Source of the DNA: a virus
Lineage: Duplodnaviria > Heunggongvirae > Uroviricota > Caudoviricetes
Strand: one strand, 5' to 3'
Length of the DNA stretch: 8,103 nucleotides
Virus record (IMG/VR): IMGVR_UViG_2695420792_000011
Span: 1 to 8,103 of that record
Shown piece by piece: positions 1 through 6,150 of this stretch (positions are counted from its first letter, which is position 1; the number at the start of each line of letters is the position of its first letter). The notes beneath the pieces were generated by a model. That model did no database searches. It saw nothing but the letters and a program-made list of their open reading frames with translations, and was not told the origin of the DNA. The translations under genes and the position numbers were made by a program.

Positions 1-351
1 CCGTTCGCCGGTTGCCCCGACAGGGCCGGTGTCACCGCGCTCTCCCTTATCACCCTTCGGCCCCTGAGGACCCGCGGGCCCCTGCTCCCCCTTTGGCCCG
101 GGAGGTCCCACCACGGTGGGGATTCGGTTTACGGCGTCTTCCGCCGCTATCCTGCTTTGTTCCGCTGACTGTGCGCTTTCTGCTGACTCCCGGGCTTTTT
201 CTGCTGCGGTCGTTGCATCCCTGGCTGCATTACCGGCTGCACTTTCTGCCGTCTTTTTTGACAACTCGGCATCTGCTGCACTTTGTAATGACTCACTGGC
301 TTTTTGAGCGGCCGCAGAGGCCGAGGACGAGGACGCCTCCTCTGAGGGCAT
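1..351 (-). CDS. Partial CDS (5' part, continues past window start): phage side tail-fibre-like protein with Ala/Ser/Glu-rich region and collagen-like Gly-X-Y repeats; possibly an N-terminally truncated remnant
   Basis: Manual minus-strand translation from ATG at 351-349 (in-frame TAA immediately upstream at 354-352) gives MPSEEASSSSASAAAQKASESLQSAADAELSKKTAESAAGNAARDATTAAEKARESAESAQSAEQSRIAAEDAVNRIPTVVGPPGPKGEQGPAGPQGPKGDKGERGDTGPVGATGER with no stop before position 1. It is absent from the ORF track because it has no stop in the window. The 12 consecutive G-X-Y triplets and the A/S/E-rich stretch match the composition of enterobacterial Stf-type tail fibres. No convincing SD precedes the ATG. 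Confidence 0.6.
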   Translation of the reverse strand, partial: MPSEEASSSSASAAAQKASESLQSAADAELSKKTAESAAGNAARDATTAAEKARESAESAQSAEQSRIAAEDAVNRIPTVVGPPGPKGEQGPAGPQGPKGDKGERGDTGPVGATGER

Positions 352-713
352 TTATGGAGCCGCGACAAAGTGTGGTGCCGTAACTGGCTAAGTGCTCTCA
401 GCGTTGTGGTAATCCGCGAAATGGCGCGGCGGTAAGTATGGCGGGGTTACTCTTTCCCCGTTGAGGACACCGGATTGTCAGGTTGACCATACGCCTGAGT
501 GACAACCCCACCACAACAGCCACTGCTTTGGCGGTACCAGTTTGTACACTTGCTTCCGGCTGGTACCGCTCTTTTTACAAAACAGAGAAGAGCATCACCG
601 GACGACGGGCTCATAACCCAATCCACCCGGGCGGCTGCCACCGCAGGTGTTCTTCTCTGTTTTGTGGAGAAACCAACCGACCTTGCAGGGTCGATATGAT
701 GAGGAGCAGCAAA

Positions 714-1076
714 ATGGCTAGCGAACGCAGTACTGATGTGCAGGCATTTATCGGGGAGCTGGACGGCGGCGTATTTGAAACCAAAATCGGCGCAGTTCTC
801 AGTGAAGTCGCTTCCGGTGTGATGAACACGAAAACCAAAGGTAAGGTCTCGCTCAACCTGGAAATCGAACCGTTTGATGAGAACCGTGTGAAAATCAAAC
901 ACAAACTCTCATATGTTCGCCCGACTAACCGCGGGAAAATTTCCGAAGAAGACACCACCGAAACGCCGATGTATGTCAATCGCGGTGGTCGCCTGACTAT
1001 TCTGCAGGAAGACCAGGGACAATTACTGACTCTTGCCGGTGAACCTGACGGAAAACTCCGCGCAGCAGGTCATTAA
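714..1076 (+). CDS. yfdP: YfdP-like prophage protein (120 aa), unknown function
   Basis: ATG at 714 preceded by GAGGAG (700-705); product MASERSTDVQAFIGELDGGVFETKIGAV...GKLRAAGH. The track ORF 483..1076 is the same frame with an implausible N-terminal extension. Length and sequence match my recollection of CPS-53 YfdP. Confidence 0.7.
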   Translation: MASERSTDVQAFIGELDGGVFETKIGAVLSEVASGVMNTKTKGKVSLNLEIEPFDENRVKIKHKLSYVRPTNRGKISEEDTTETPMYVNRGGRLTILQEDQGQLLTLAGEPDGKLRAAGH

Positions 1077-1141
1077 TATCGTTCTTAATTAACTGATTAT
1101 TTATCTCATCACTGAATATCTTTATATAGTGAGGACTTATT

Positions 1142-1966
1142 ATGTCTCAGAACTTAGACGCAACCGCAATTAATCAAATCCATGCCCTTATTTCTGCTCA
1201 GGGTGTTAATGAAATTATCAGTAAGATTGGTGCCGATGCTGTGGCATTGCCTGAGAATTTCCGCATTCATGATCTGGAAAAATTTAATTTAAATCGCTTC
1301 CGTTTCCGTGGTGCGCTTTCCACTGCCAGCATCGATGACTTTACCCGTTATTCTAAAGATCTTGCAGATGAAGGCACCCGCTGCTTTATCGATGCCGATA
1401 ATATGCGAGCCGTCAGTGTGCTTAACCTGGGTACTATTGATGAACCAGGTCACGCAGATAACACCGCCACCCTCAAACTGAAAAAGACAGCACCGTTTTC
1501 TGCTCTGTTGTCTGTTAATGGCGAGCGTAACTCCCAGAAGTCACTGGCAGAATGGATTGAAGACTGGGCCGACTACCTTGTGGGCTTTGATGCTAATGGT
1601 GACACCATTCAGGCAACCAAAGCAGCCGCGGCAGTCCGTAAAATCACAATTGAAGCAAACCAGACCGCTGATTTTGAAGACAATGACTTCAGCGGCAAAC
1701 GCTCCCTGATGGAGTCTGTCGAAGCGAAGACCAAAGACATTATGCCAGTGGCATTTGAATTTAAATGCGTTCCGTTTGAAGGCCTGAAAGAACGTCCGTT
1801 TAAATTACGCCTCAGCATTATCACTGGCGATCGTCCTGTACTGGTTCTGCGCATTATTCAGCTGGAAGCGATGCAGGAAGAAATGGCTAACGAATTTCGT
1901 GATCTGCTTGTTGAGAAATTCAAAGACAGCAAAGTAGAAACCTTTATTGGTACTTTCACCGCCTGA
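1142..1966 (+). CDS. yfdQ: YfdQ-like DUF2303 family prophage protein (274 aa)
   Basis: ATG 1142 with GAGGA 6 nt upstream; long ORF with good codon usage; N-terminus [30 protein letters not shown] recognised as YfdQ (recollection). Confidence 0.85.
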   Translation: MSQNLDATAINQIHALISAQGVNEIISKIGADAVALPENFRIHDLEKFNLNRFRFRGALSTASIDDFTRYSKDLADEGTRCFIDADNMRAVSVLNLGTIDEPGHADNTATLKLKKTAPFSALLSVNGERNSQKSLAEWIEDWADYLVGFDANGDTIQATKAAAAVRKITIEANQTADFEDNDFSGKRSLMESVEAKTKDIMPVAFEFKCVPFEGLKERPFKLRLSIITGDRPVLVLRIIQLEAMQEEMANEFRDLLVEKFKDSKVETFIGTFTA

Positions 1967-1978
1967 TTTCATTACTGC

Positions 1979-2000
1979 AAATGCCCCTGCGGGGGCATTT
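1979..2000 (+). terminator. Hairpin aaatgcccc-tgcg-ggggcattt (9-bp stem, 4-nt loop) after yfdQ; possible intrinsic terminator or attenuator
   Basis: Perfect inverted repeat 1979-1987/1992-2000 lying 13 nt after the yfdQ stop. The trailing T-tract is only the ttt inside the stem, so termination efficiency is uncertain. Confidence 0.4.
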
Positions 2001-2094
2001 ATGGAAACGTAATTAACTCAATAATCACCGGATGGTGAGAGCTTCCTTTTAGCAGAATTCAGCGCGGTGCAGCGCATATAAAGTGGAGACCGAA

Positions 2095-2631
2095 ATGTCA
2101 TTTATTAAAACTTTTTCCGGGAAGCATTTTTATTATGACAAGATAAATAAAGACGACATCGTGATTAACGATATCGCAGTTTCCCTTTCAAATATCTGTC
2201 GCTTTGCAGGACATCTTTCACACTTCTACAGCGTCGCCCAGCATGCGGTGCTTTGCAGCCAGCTGGTACCGCAGGAATTTGCTTTTGAAGCGTTAATGCA
2301 TGATGCAACAGAAGCATATTGCCAGGACATCCCCGCTCCACTGAAACGCCTTCTTCCTGACTATAAACGGATGGAAGAAAAAATAGATGCCGTAATCCGT
2401 GAGAAATACGGGTTACCCCCGGTTATGAGCACGCCTGTGAAATATGCCGATCTCATCATGCTGGCAACCGAACGCCGCGATCTCGGGCTTGATGATGGCT
2501 CTTTCTGGCCTGTACTGGAAGGCATCCCGGCAACAGAGATGTTCAACGTGATTCCACTGGCACCGGGCCATGCCTACGGGATGTTTATGGAACGTTTTAA
2601 CGAGTTATCGGAGTTACGCAAATGCGCATGA
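2095..2631 (+). CDS. yfdR: YfdR-like HD-domain phosphohydrolase (5'-deoxynucleotidase family), 178 aa
   Basis: ATG 2095 (MSFIKTFSGKHFYYD...) with GGAG 7 nt upstream; the track start at 2083 is a GTG with no SD. HD motif visible in FEALMHDATEAY. Stop TGA 2629-2631 overlaps the next gene. Confidence 0.85.
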   Translation: MSFIKTFSGKHFYYDKINKDDIVINDIAVSLSNICRFAGHLSHFYSVAQHAVLCSQLVPQEFAFEALMHDATEAYCQDIPAPLKRLLPDYKRMEEKIDAVIREKYGLPPVMSTPVKYADLIMLATERRDLGLDDGSFWPVLEGIPATEMFNVIPLAPGHAYGMFMERFNELSELRKCA

Positions 2632-2984
2632 ATGTTTTCGAAATGGAAGGGTTTCTTCGCGGGAAATGTGTACCGCGAGATCTGAAAGTGAACGAAACAA
2701 ATGCTGAGTACCTGGTACGTAAATTCGATGCGCTTGAAGCTAAATGTGCGGCACTGGAAAACAAAATAATACCAGTGTCAGCTGAACTGCCACCAGCAAA
2801 TGAAAGTGTTCTGTTATTTGATGCTAACGGAGAAGGCTGGCTAATTGGCTGGCGTTCTCTCTGGTACACCTGGGGACAAAAAGAAACCGGAGAATGGCAG
2901 TGGACATTTCAGGTCGGGGACCTTGAAAACGTCAATATCACTCACTGGGCAGTAATGCCGAAAGCACCGGAGAATAAGAAATGA
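2622..2984 (+). CDS. yfdS: YfdS-like DUF551 protein (120 aa)
   Basis: ATG 2622; overlaps the yfdR stop; C-terminal motif ...ITHWAVMPKAPE is typical of DUF551 (W...THWMPLP-like). Confidence 0.8.
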   Translation: MRMNVFEMEGFLRGKCVPRDLKVNETNAEYLVRKFDALEAKCAALENKIIPVSAELPPANESVLLFDANGEGWLIGWRSLWYTWGQKETGEWQWTFQVGDLENVNITHWAVMPKAPENKK

Positions 2985-3184
2985 GCGTGATAAAAACTCA
3001 TACAGGAATTGTTATCACCCGAGACGGTCCGCAGGTAAAAAAACTGCACCAGACAAAGCGGATGTGGGTCGTCGGAAAAAACGAGTTTTACCACAAAGAA
3101 AACGGACGCCGCCACTTTGCAGAAAATACTCGCCGCCGACTGCTGATCGATACCATCAAGCCTATCGAGGTGAAGCATGTTTAA
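2981..3184 (+). CDS. Small hypothetical phage protein (67 aa), basic
   Basis: ATG 2981 overlaps the yfdS stop (ATGA); its stop TAA 3182-3184 overlaps the next ATG at 3177 (ATGTTTAAA). Coding-like composition. Confidence 0.6.
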   Translation: MSVIKTHTGIVITRDGPQVKKLHQTKRMWVVGKNEFYHKENGRRHFAENTRRRLLIDTIKPIEVKHV

Positions 3185-3415
3185 ACAGAACGAAAAATCT
3201 ATCGCTCAAATTGCTGAGTATATCCCGCGTGCGTGCCGGGGTATGCAGTTGCAGGAAGCCAAAGCACGCCTGGAGAAAAAATTGCGCTCTATATCGATGA
3301 CGGCTGTGATGCTGCCGTTCTTAACGCGGCGTTCGCGCCAGCTCTTAACAGTCATACGCGAGAGTCTTTTTTTTCGTGCATCGCTGCGCAGATCCGTAAA
3401 GGAGGCAACCAGTGA
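3177..3415 (+). pseudogene. Small phage gene whose reading frame appears to switch from frame 0 (start 3177) to frame 2 (stop 3413-3415); candidate frameshift at the A6 run 3276-3281
   Basis: The ATG at 3177 is translationally coupled to the upstream stop. The frame-2 stop TGA 3413-3415 overlaps the GTG start of the next gene (GTGA). Frame 2 has the better codon usage after about 3284 (IALYIDDGCDAAVLNAAFAPALNSHTRESFFSCIAAQIRKGGNQ), while frame 0 there uses rare ATA/AGA/CGG/TTA codons. Both frames are open across 3233-3415. Confidence 0.4.
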
Positions 3416-3810
3416 GCAAGATTGACTATCAGGCACTGCGTGAGGCGGCGGAACGTGCAATTCAAGCAATGGAACGCCTGTTAATGTTGCCAGCTGCTGA
3501 TGATTTGTTAAGTGAACAGGAACTTAAAGATTACGGTGTGGATATTGATGTGCTCAACGCCTTCAAATTTCTGACCGGACCAGAAACCGTGCTGGCGCTG
3601 CTGGATGAACTAGAAGCTAAAAACAAACGCATTACAGAACTGGAAGCGAGGGAAGTTCAATTACCGACTCGCTACGACCTTCGATATGGGCACCCAATAA
3701 ATGCTGATAAGCGACATGTCATGATACCTAAAGAAAATGGCAGTTGGCTTTGCCTGATTGACTTAGAACACGCACTACGCGTCGCTGGCATTCGCATCAA
3801 AGGAGAGTGA
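3412..3810 (+). CDS. Ead/Ea22-like phage early protein (132 aa), GTG start
   Basis: GTG 3412 preceded by AGGAGG (about 3400-3405); product MSKIDYQALREAAERAIQAMERL...ETVLALLDELEAKNKRITELEAR has the coiled-coil central segment typical of Ead/Ea22-like proteins. Family call is from recollection. Confidence 0.6.
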   Translation: MSKIDYQALREAAERAIQAMERLLMLPAADDLLSEQELKDYGVDIDVLNAFKFLTGPETVLALLDELEAKNKRITELEAREVQLPTRYDLRYGHPINADKRHVMIPKENGSWLCLIDLEHALRVAGIRIKGE

Positions 3811-3811
3811 T

Positions 3812-4012
3812 ATGGCAACTTTGACAAAAAAGGAACAGGCATGGTTGAGCGAATTACAGAACGTTCTTGATCGCTGCCCGTCACCGAAAAAAATTGGTTT
3901 TTACACCATTGGCGATAAAAGCATTTACCTGTATGACCTACGCCGCATGGATGAAATCATGGAGGCTCTTGATGATCGTTCGTCAATGGGATTGGTGTGT
4001 TGCTGTCCATGA
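3812..4012 (+). CDS. Small hypothetical phage protein (66 aa)
   Basis: ATG 3812 lies 1 nt after the upstream stop with GGAG just upstream; coding-like composition; the C-terminus ...GLVCCCP is unusual. Confidence 0.5.
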   Translation: MATLTKKEQAWLSELQNVLDRCPSPKKIGFYTIGDKSIYLYDLRRMDEIMEALDDRSSMGLVCCCP

Positions 4013-4076
4013 TATGAATGCCGGATTTGAAGAAAAGATTTTGTTCCCCTCGTCAGTTGAAAGCACTGCGGGTTAA
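3972..4076 (+). CDS. Candidate small overlapping ORF (34 aa) MIVRQWDWCVAVHDMNAGFEEKILFPSSVESTAG
   Basis: ATG 3972 with GGAGG at 3961-3965 (6-nt spacing); frame 0 is open to TAA 4074-4076 just before the SD of the next gene. Could instead be the tail of a frameshifted 3812 gene. Confidence 0.25.
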   Translation: MIVRQWDWCVAVHDMNAGFEEKILFPSSVESTAG

Positions 4077-4086
4077 GGAGTAACAC

Positions 4087-4665
4087 ATGACCACTATTAC
4101 CAAAGAACGTATTGAATTGTTCATTAAAAATCCGCTTGGAAACGGACTTACCCGTGGCGAACAAATGGAACTGGCACGAATTGCACTGGCATCACTGGCA
4201 GCAGTATCGGATGAACGAGCAGCCTATGAATTATTTATGGAGAAGCGTTTCGGGGAATCTGTAGATCGCCGCAGGGCGAAAAATGGCGATAGAGAATACA
4301 TGGCATGGGATATGGCGCTTGGCTGGATTATCTGGTGTCACCGCGCCGCCATGCTTCAGGCTGGAAACTTTCGGGAAAATAAGGATTCGTCAACCAATAA
4401 TTTTCGGGAAACCTCGGAAACGTCAACCAACTCTCCGGTAACTCCGGATAGTTGGATAAGCTGTAGTGAGCGAATGCCTGAGAAGAATCAGAACGTGCTC
4501 ATTTCGGTGAATTTCGATAGCTCTCTGGTTGAACCGCTAATATGCTCCGCACGCTATACCGGAAGCACTTTTCGGCGCGGAGATGCAACGATTAAGTCGG
4601 GTAATGGTATTGAGCAAGCAACTCACTGGATGCCGCTACCGGAACCGCCGCAGGAGGTGAAGTGA
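4087..4665 (+). CDS. DUF551-domain phage protein (192 aa) with N-terminal extension
   Basis: ATG 4087 with AGGAG at 4073-4077; C-terminal WISCSERMPEKNQNVLI...ATHWMPLPEPP is a DUF551-like signature. Paralogous to the YfdS C-terminus. Confidence 0.8.
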   Translation: MTTITKERIELFIKNPLGNGLTRGEQMELARIALASLAAVSDERAAYELFMEKRFGESVDRRRAKNGDREYMAWDMALGWIIWCHRAAMLQAGNFRENKDSSTNNFRETSETSTNSPVTPDSWISCSERMPEKNQNVLISVNFDSSLVEPLICSARYTGSTFRRGDATIKSGNGIEQATHWMPLPEPPQEVK

Positions 4666-5237
4666 TGAACAACTTAATGATCGACCTTGAGACGATGGGG
4701 AAAAATAAGGATGCGCCGATCGTTTCTATTGGCGCGGTGTTCTTCACTCCAGAAACCGGAGACATCGGACAAGAATTTTATGCGGTTGTCAGCCTGGACA
4801 GTGCTATGAAGCAAGGAGCTACACCTGACGGCGATACCATCCTGTGGTGGTTGAAACAAAGCCCTGAAGCGCGAGCTGCAATCTGTATTGATGATACTTT
4901 GTCGATCAGCGATGCTCTCTCAGAACTAAACCATTTCATTAACCGGCACGCAGACAATACGAAATATTTAAAAGTCTGGGGTAACGGGGCCACCTTCGAC
5001 AACGTAATTTTACGTGGAGCTTATGAGCGAGCAGGACAAATCTGCCCGTGGGCGTACTGGAATGACCACGATGTACGCACGATCGTTACGCTTGGGCGTT
5101 CCATCGGATTCGACCCCAAAATGGACATGCCTTTCGATGGCGAACGGCACAACGCCCTGGCTGATGCCCGTCATCAGGCAAAATATGTTTCCGCTATCTG
5201 GCAGAAATTAATTCCTGCCACCAGCACAGAATTATGA
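4665..5237 (+). CDS. DnaQ-like DEDDh 3'-5' exonuclease (phage exonuclease, Rv2179c-like fold), 190 aa
   Basis: ATG 4665 overlaps the upstream TGA, with AGGAGG at 4653-4658. Motifs visible: MIDLETMG (Exo I D-x-E), GNGATFDNVIL (Exo II D), GERHNALADA (Exo III H-x4-D). Confidence 0.85.
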   Translation: MNNLMIDLETMGKNKDAPIVSIGAVFFTPETGDIGQEFYAVVSLDSAMKQGATPDGDTILWWLKQSPEARAAICIDDTLSISDALSELNHFINRHADNTKYLKVWGNGATFDNVILRGAYERAGQICPWAYWNDHDVRTIVTLGRSIGFDPKMDMPFDGERHNALADARHQAKYVSAIWQKLIPATSTEL

Positions 5238-5273
5238 TTTTCCCGGGTGCAGCCGGTTTTGATGGAGAAAATT

Positions 5274-5546
5274 ATGAACACCTTGTTTTTACTGATGGCT
5301 GAATTCAATACCCCAAACATTGAACTCTCAGCAGTTAGCCAAAAGTACTTTGGCATGAGTCCAGCCACGGCAGAAGCAAAAGCAAACGCTTGTAAGTTGC
5401 CCGTTCCAACATATCGCATCGGCACATCACAAAAAGCAAAACGTTGCATCAATATTCAGGATCTTGCGGAATACATAGACAAAAGGCGAGAAGAAGGGCG
5501 TGCTGAGTGGGAAAAAGTCAGAACGGAAAAACAAAAATATAACTAA
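5274..5546 (+). CDS. PrtN-family / excisionase-like small DNA-binding protein (90 aa)
   Basis: ATG 5274 with GGAGA 5 nt upstream (the track start 5247 lacks an SD). Product MNTLFLLMAEFNTPNIELSAVSQKYFG...LPVPTYRIGTSQKAKRCINIQDLAEYID resembles the PrtN/Xis-like family motif (LP.P.FR.G.SQK...DLA..ID), from recollection. Confidence 0.7.
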   Translation: MNTLFLLMAEFNTPNIELSAVSQKYFGMSPATAEAKANACKLPVPTYRIGTSQKAKRCINIQDLAEYIDKRREEGRAEWEKVRTEKQKYN

Positions 5547-5561
5547 ACTAAAACTATGGAT

Positions 5562-5588
5562 AACCCGTATATGTACGGGTTATTTTTC
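5562..5588. terminator. Hairpin aacccgta-tatg-tacgggtt followed by atttttc; intrinsic terminator between convergent genes
   Basis: 8-bp perfect stem 5562-5569/5574-5581, 4-nt loop, T-run 5583-5587 on the plus strand. The minus-strand stop codon (5580-5582) lies inside the right arm. Confidence 0.6.
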
Positions 5589-6128
5589 TTTATCACTATC
5601 TTTTCTTGATTTGAACAATCCACTAACAACGAAACCAACCAAACCAACAATACTAATTGTACTTGTACCTAGTAATGCAACGATCGCTTCAACTGGAGGC
5701 TTTCCTTCATGTGCAATAAGAAACGATGTAAACATTGCGACAACGAATAAGCACCAACACGACATAAACCAAACCGTGAATGAGGCCATTTTTGTCCGAA
5801 GCTCATTGTCTATTTCTTTACCAGTTGCGTCAGCTATCTTATCCCGTACTTGTGATTTGAGCATATCAAGCTGAGCTTGAAGACTGTCCATTCTGTTCTG
5901 CTGCATAAACTCATGCAATGCACCAGTATTAGAACCAAACTCTTCTGCCTCCAGAATAGCTTTATTTTCTGAAGAAGAATCATCGTCGCTCTCATGATTA
6001 GACGGCTCAAATGCAGATTTAAAAACCTGTTCTTGACTGTCAGTAGAGTTTAAGGATGCTTCAGAGCGACCATTTTCAACACCTGCGGCCGCTCCGATAA
6101 GTTTATAGATATCTGAATTGTGAGACAT
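5580..6128 (-). CDS. 182-aa membrane protein: acidic disordered N-terminus, predicted coiled-coil, two C-terminal TM helices; candidate toxin/effector (PanT-like) partner of the upstream DUF4065 protein
   Basis: ATG 6128-6126 lies 22 nt downstream of the stop of the 6151-6624 gene. Hydrophobic segments MASFTVWFMSCWCLFVVAMFTSFLIA and IVALLGTSTISIVGLVGFVVSGLF (about 5613-5786) are followed by a basic tail KSRKDSDKEK. AT-rich codon usage. Confidence 0.7.
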   Translation of the reverse strand: MSHNSDIYKLIGAAAGVENGRSEASLNSTDSQEQVFKSAFEPSNHESDDDSSSENKAILEAEEFGSNTGALHEFMQQNRMDSLQAQLDMLKSQVRDKIADATGKEIDNELRTKMASFTVWFMSCWCLFVVAMFTSFLIAHEGKPPVEAIVALLGTSTISIVGLVGFVVSGLFKSRKDSDKEK

Positions 6129-6150
6129 GTCATCCCTGAATATTACTTTT

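Noticed and set aside
12-383. Track ORFs 12-383 (+), 116-307 (+) and 147-368 (-) in the GC-rich left edge
   Set aside because: Their translations are Pro/Arg/Leu- or Lys/Gln/Arg-rich low-complexity strings typical of off-frame reads of a GC-rich coding region. A different minus-strand frame gives a clean collagen-like tail-fibre sequence, which explains the open frames.
447-1076. Track ORFs 447-902 (-), 499-699 (+), 611-979 (-) and the 483 start of the 197-aa ORF
   Set aside because: They overlap or run antisense to the YfdP-like gene, or are junk-like extensions without an SD. The real start is the ATG at 714 with GAGGAG upstream.
1518-1854. ORFs 1518-1709 (+) and 1609-1854 (-) inside yfdQ
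   Set aside because: Entirely nested in or antisense to a well-supported 274-aa gene; compositionally poor.
2083-2094. GTG at 2083 as the yfdR start (METEMSF...)
   Set aside because: No SD upstream, whereas GGAG at 2085-2088 is correctly spaced for the ATG at 2095.
2361-2869. ORFs 2361-2546 (-) and 2597-2869 (-)
   Set aside because: Antisense to the yfdR/yfdS-like genes; Ser/Arg-rich artefact translations.
2942-3469. ORFs 2942-3178 (-), 3064-3300 (+), 3206-3469 (-), and 3177-3425 / 3233-3415 taken as two independent genes
   Set aside because: The minus-strand ones are antisense artefacts; 3064-3300 is an Arg/Lys-rich off-frame read. The two plus-strand frames are better explained as one frameshifted gene (see findings).
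3672-4164. ORFs 3672-3884 (-), 3925-4164 (-) and the full 3867-4076 (+) ORF with TTG start
   Set aside because: The minus-strand ORFs are antisense to coupled plus-strand genes. The 3867 start is a TTG without an SD inside the 66-aa gene, so only the 3972 ATG with GGAGG was kept as a low-confidence candidate.
5218-5225. Chi-like octamer (ccaccagc, i.e. GCTGGTGG on the minus strand) near the exonuclease gene end
   Set aside because: Chi octamers are frequent in enterobacterial DNA; a single occurrence is not evidence of function.
4674-5452. ORFs 4674-4859 (-), 4778-5002 (-), 5014-5211 (+), 5174-5452 (-)
   Set aside because: Nested in or antisense to the exonuclease and PrtN-like genes, which have clear motifs and SD sites.
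5500-5874. ORF 5500-5874 (+), 124 aa
   Set aside because: Crosses the hairpin terminator and runs antisense to the TM-protein gene; the Thr/Asn/Ile-rich translation looks like an artefact of AT-rich DNA.
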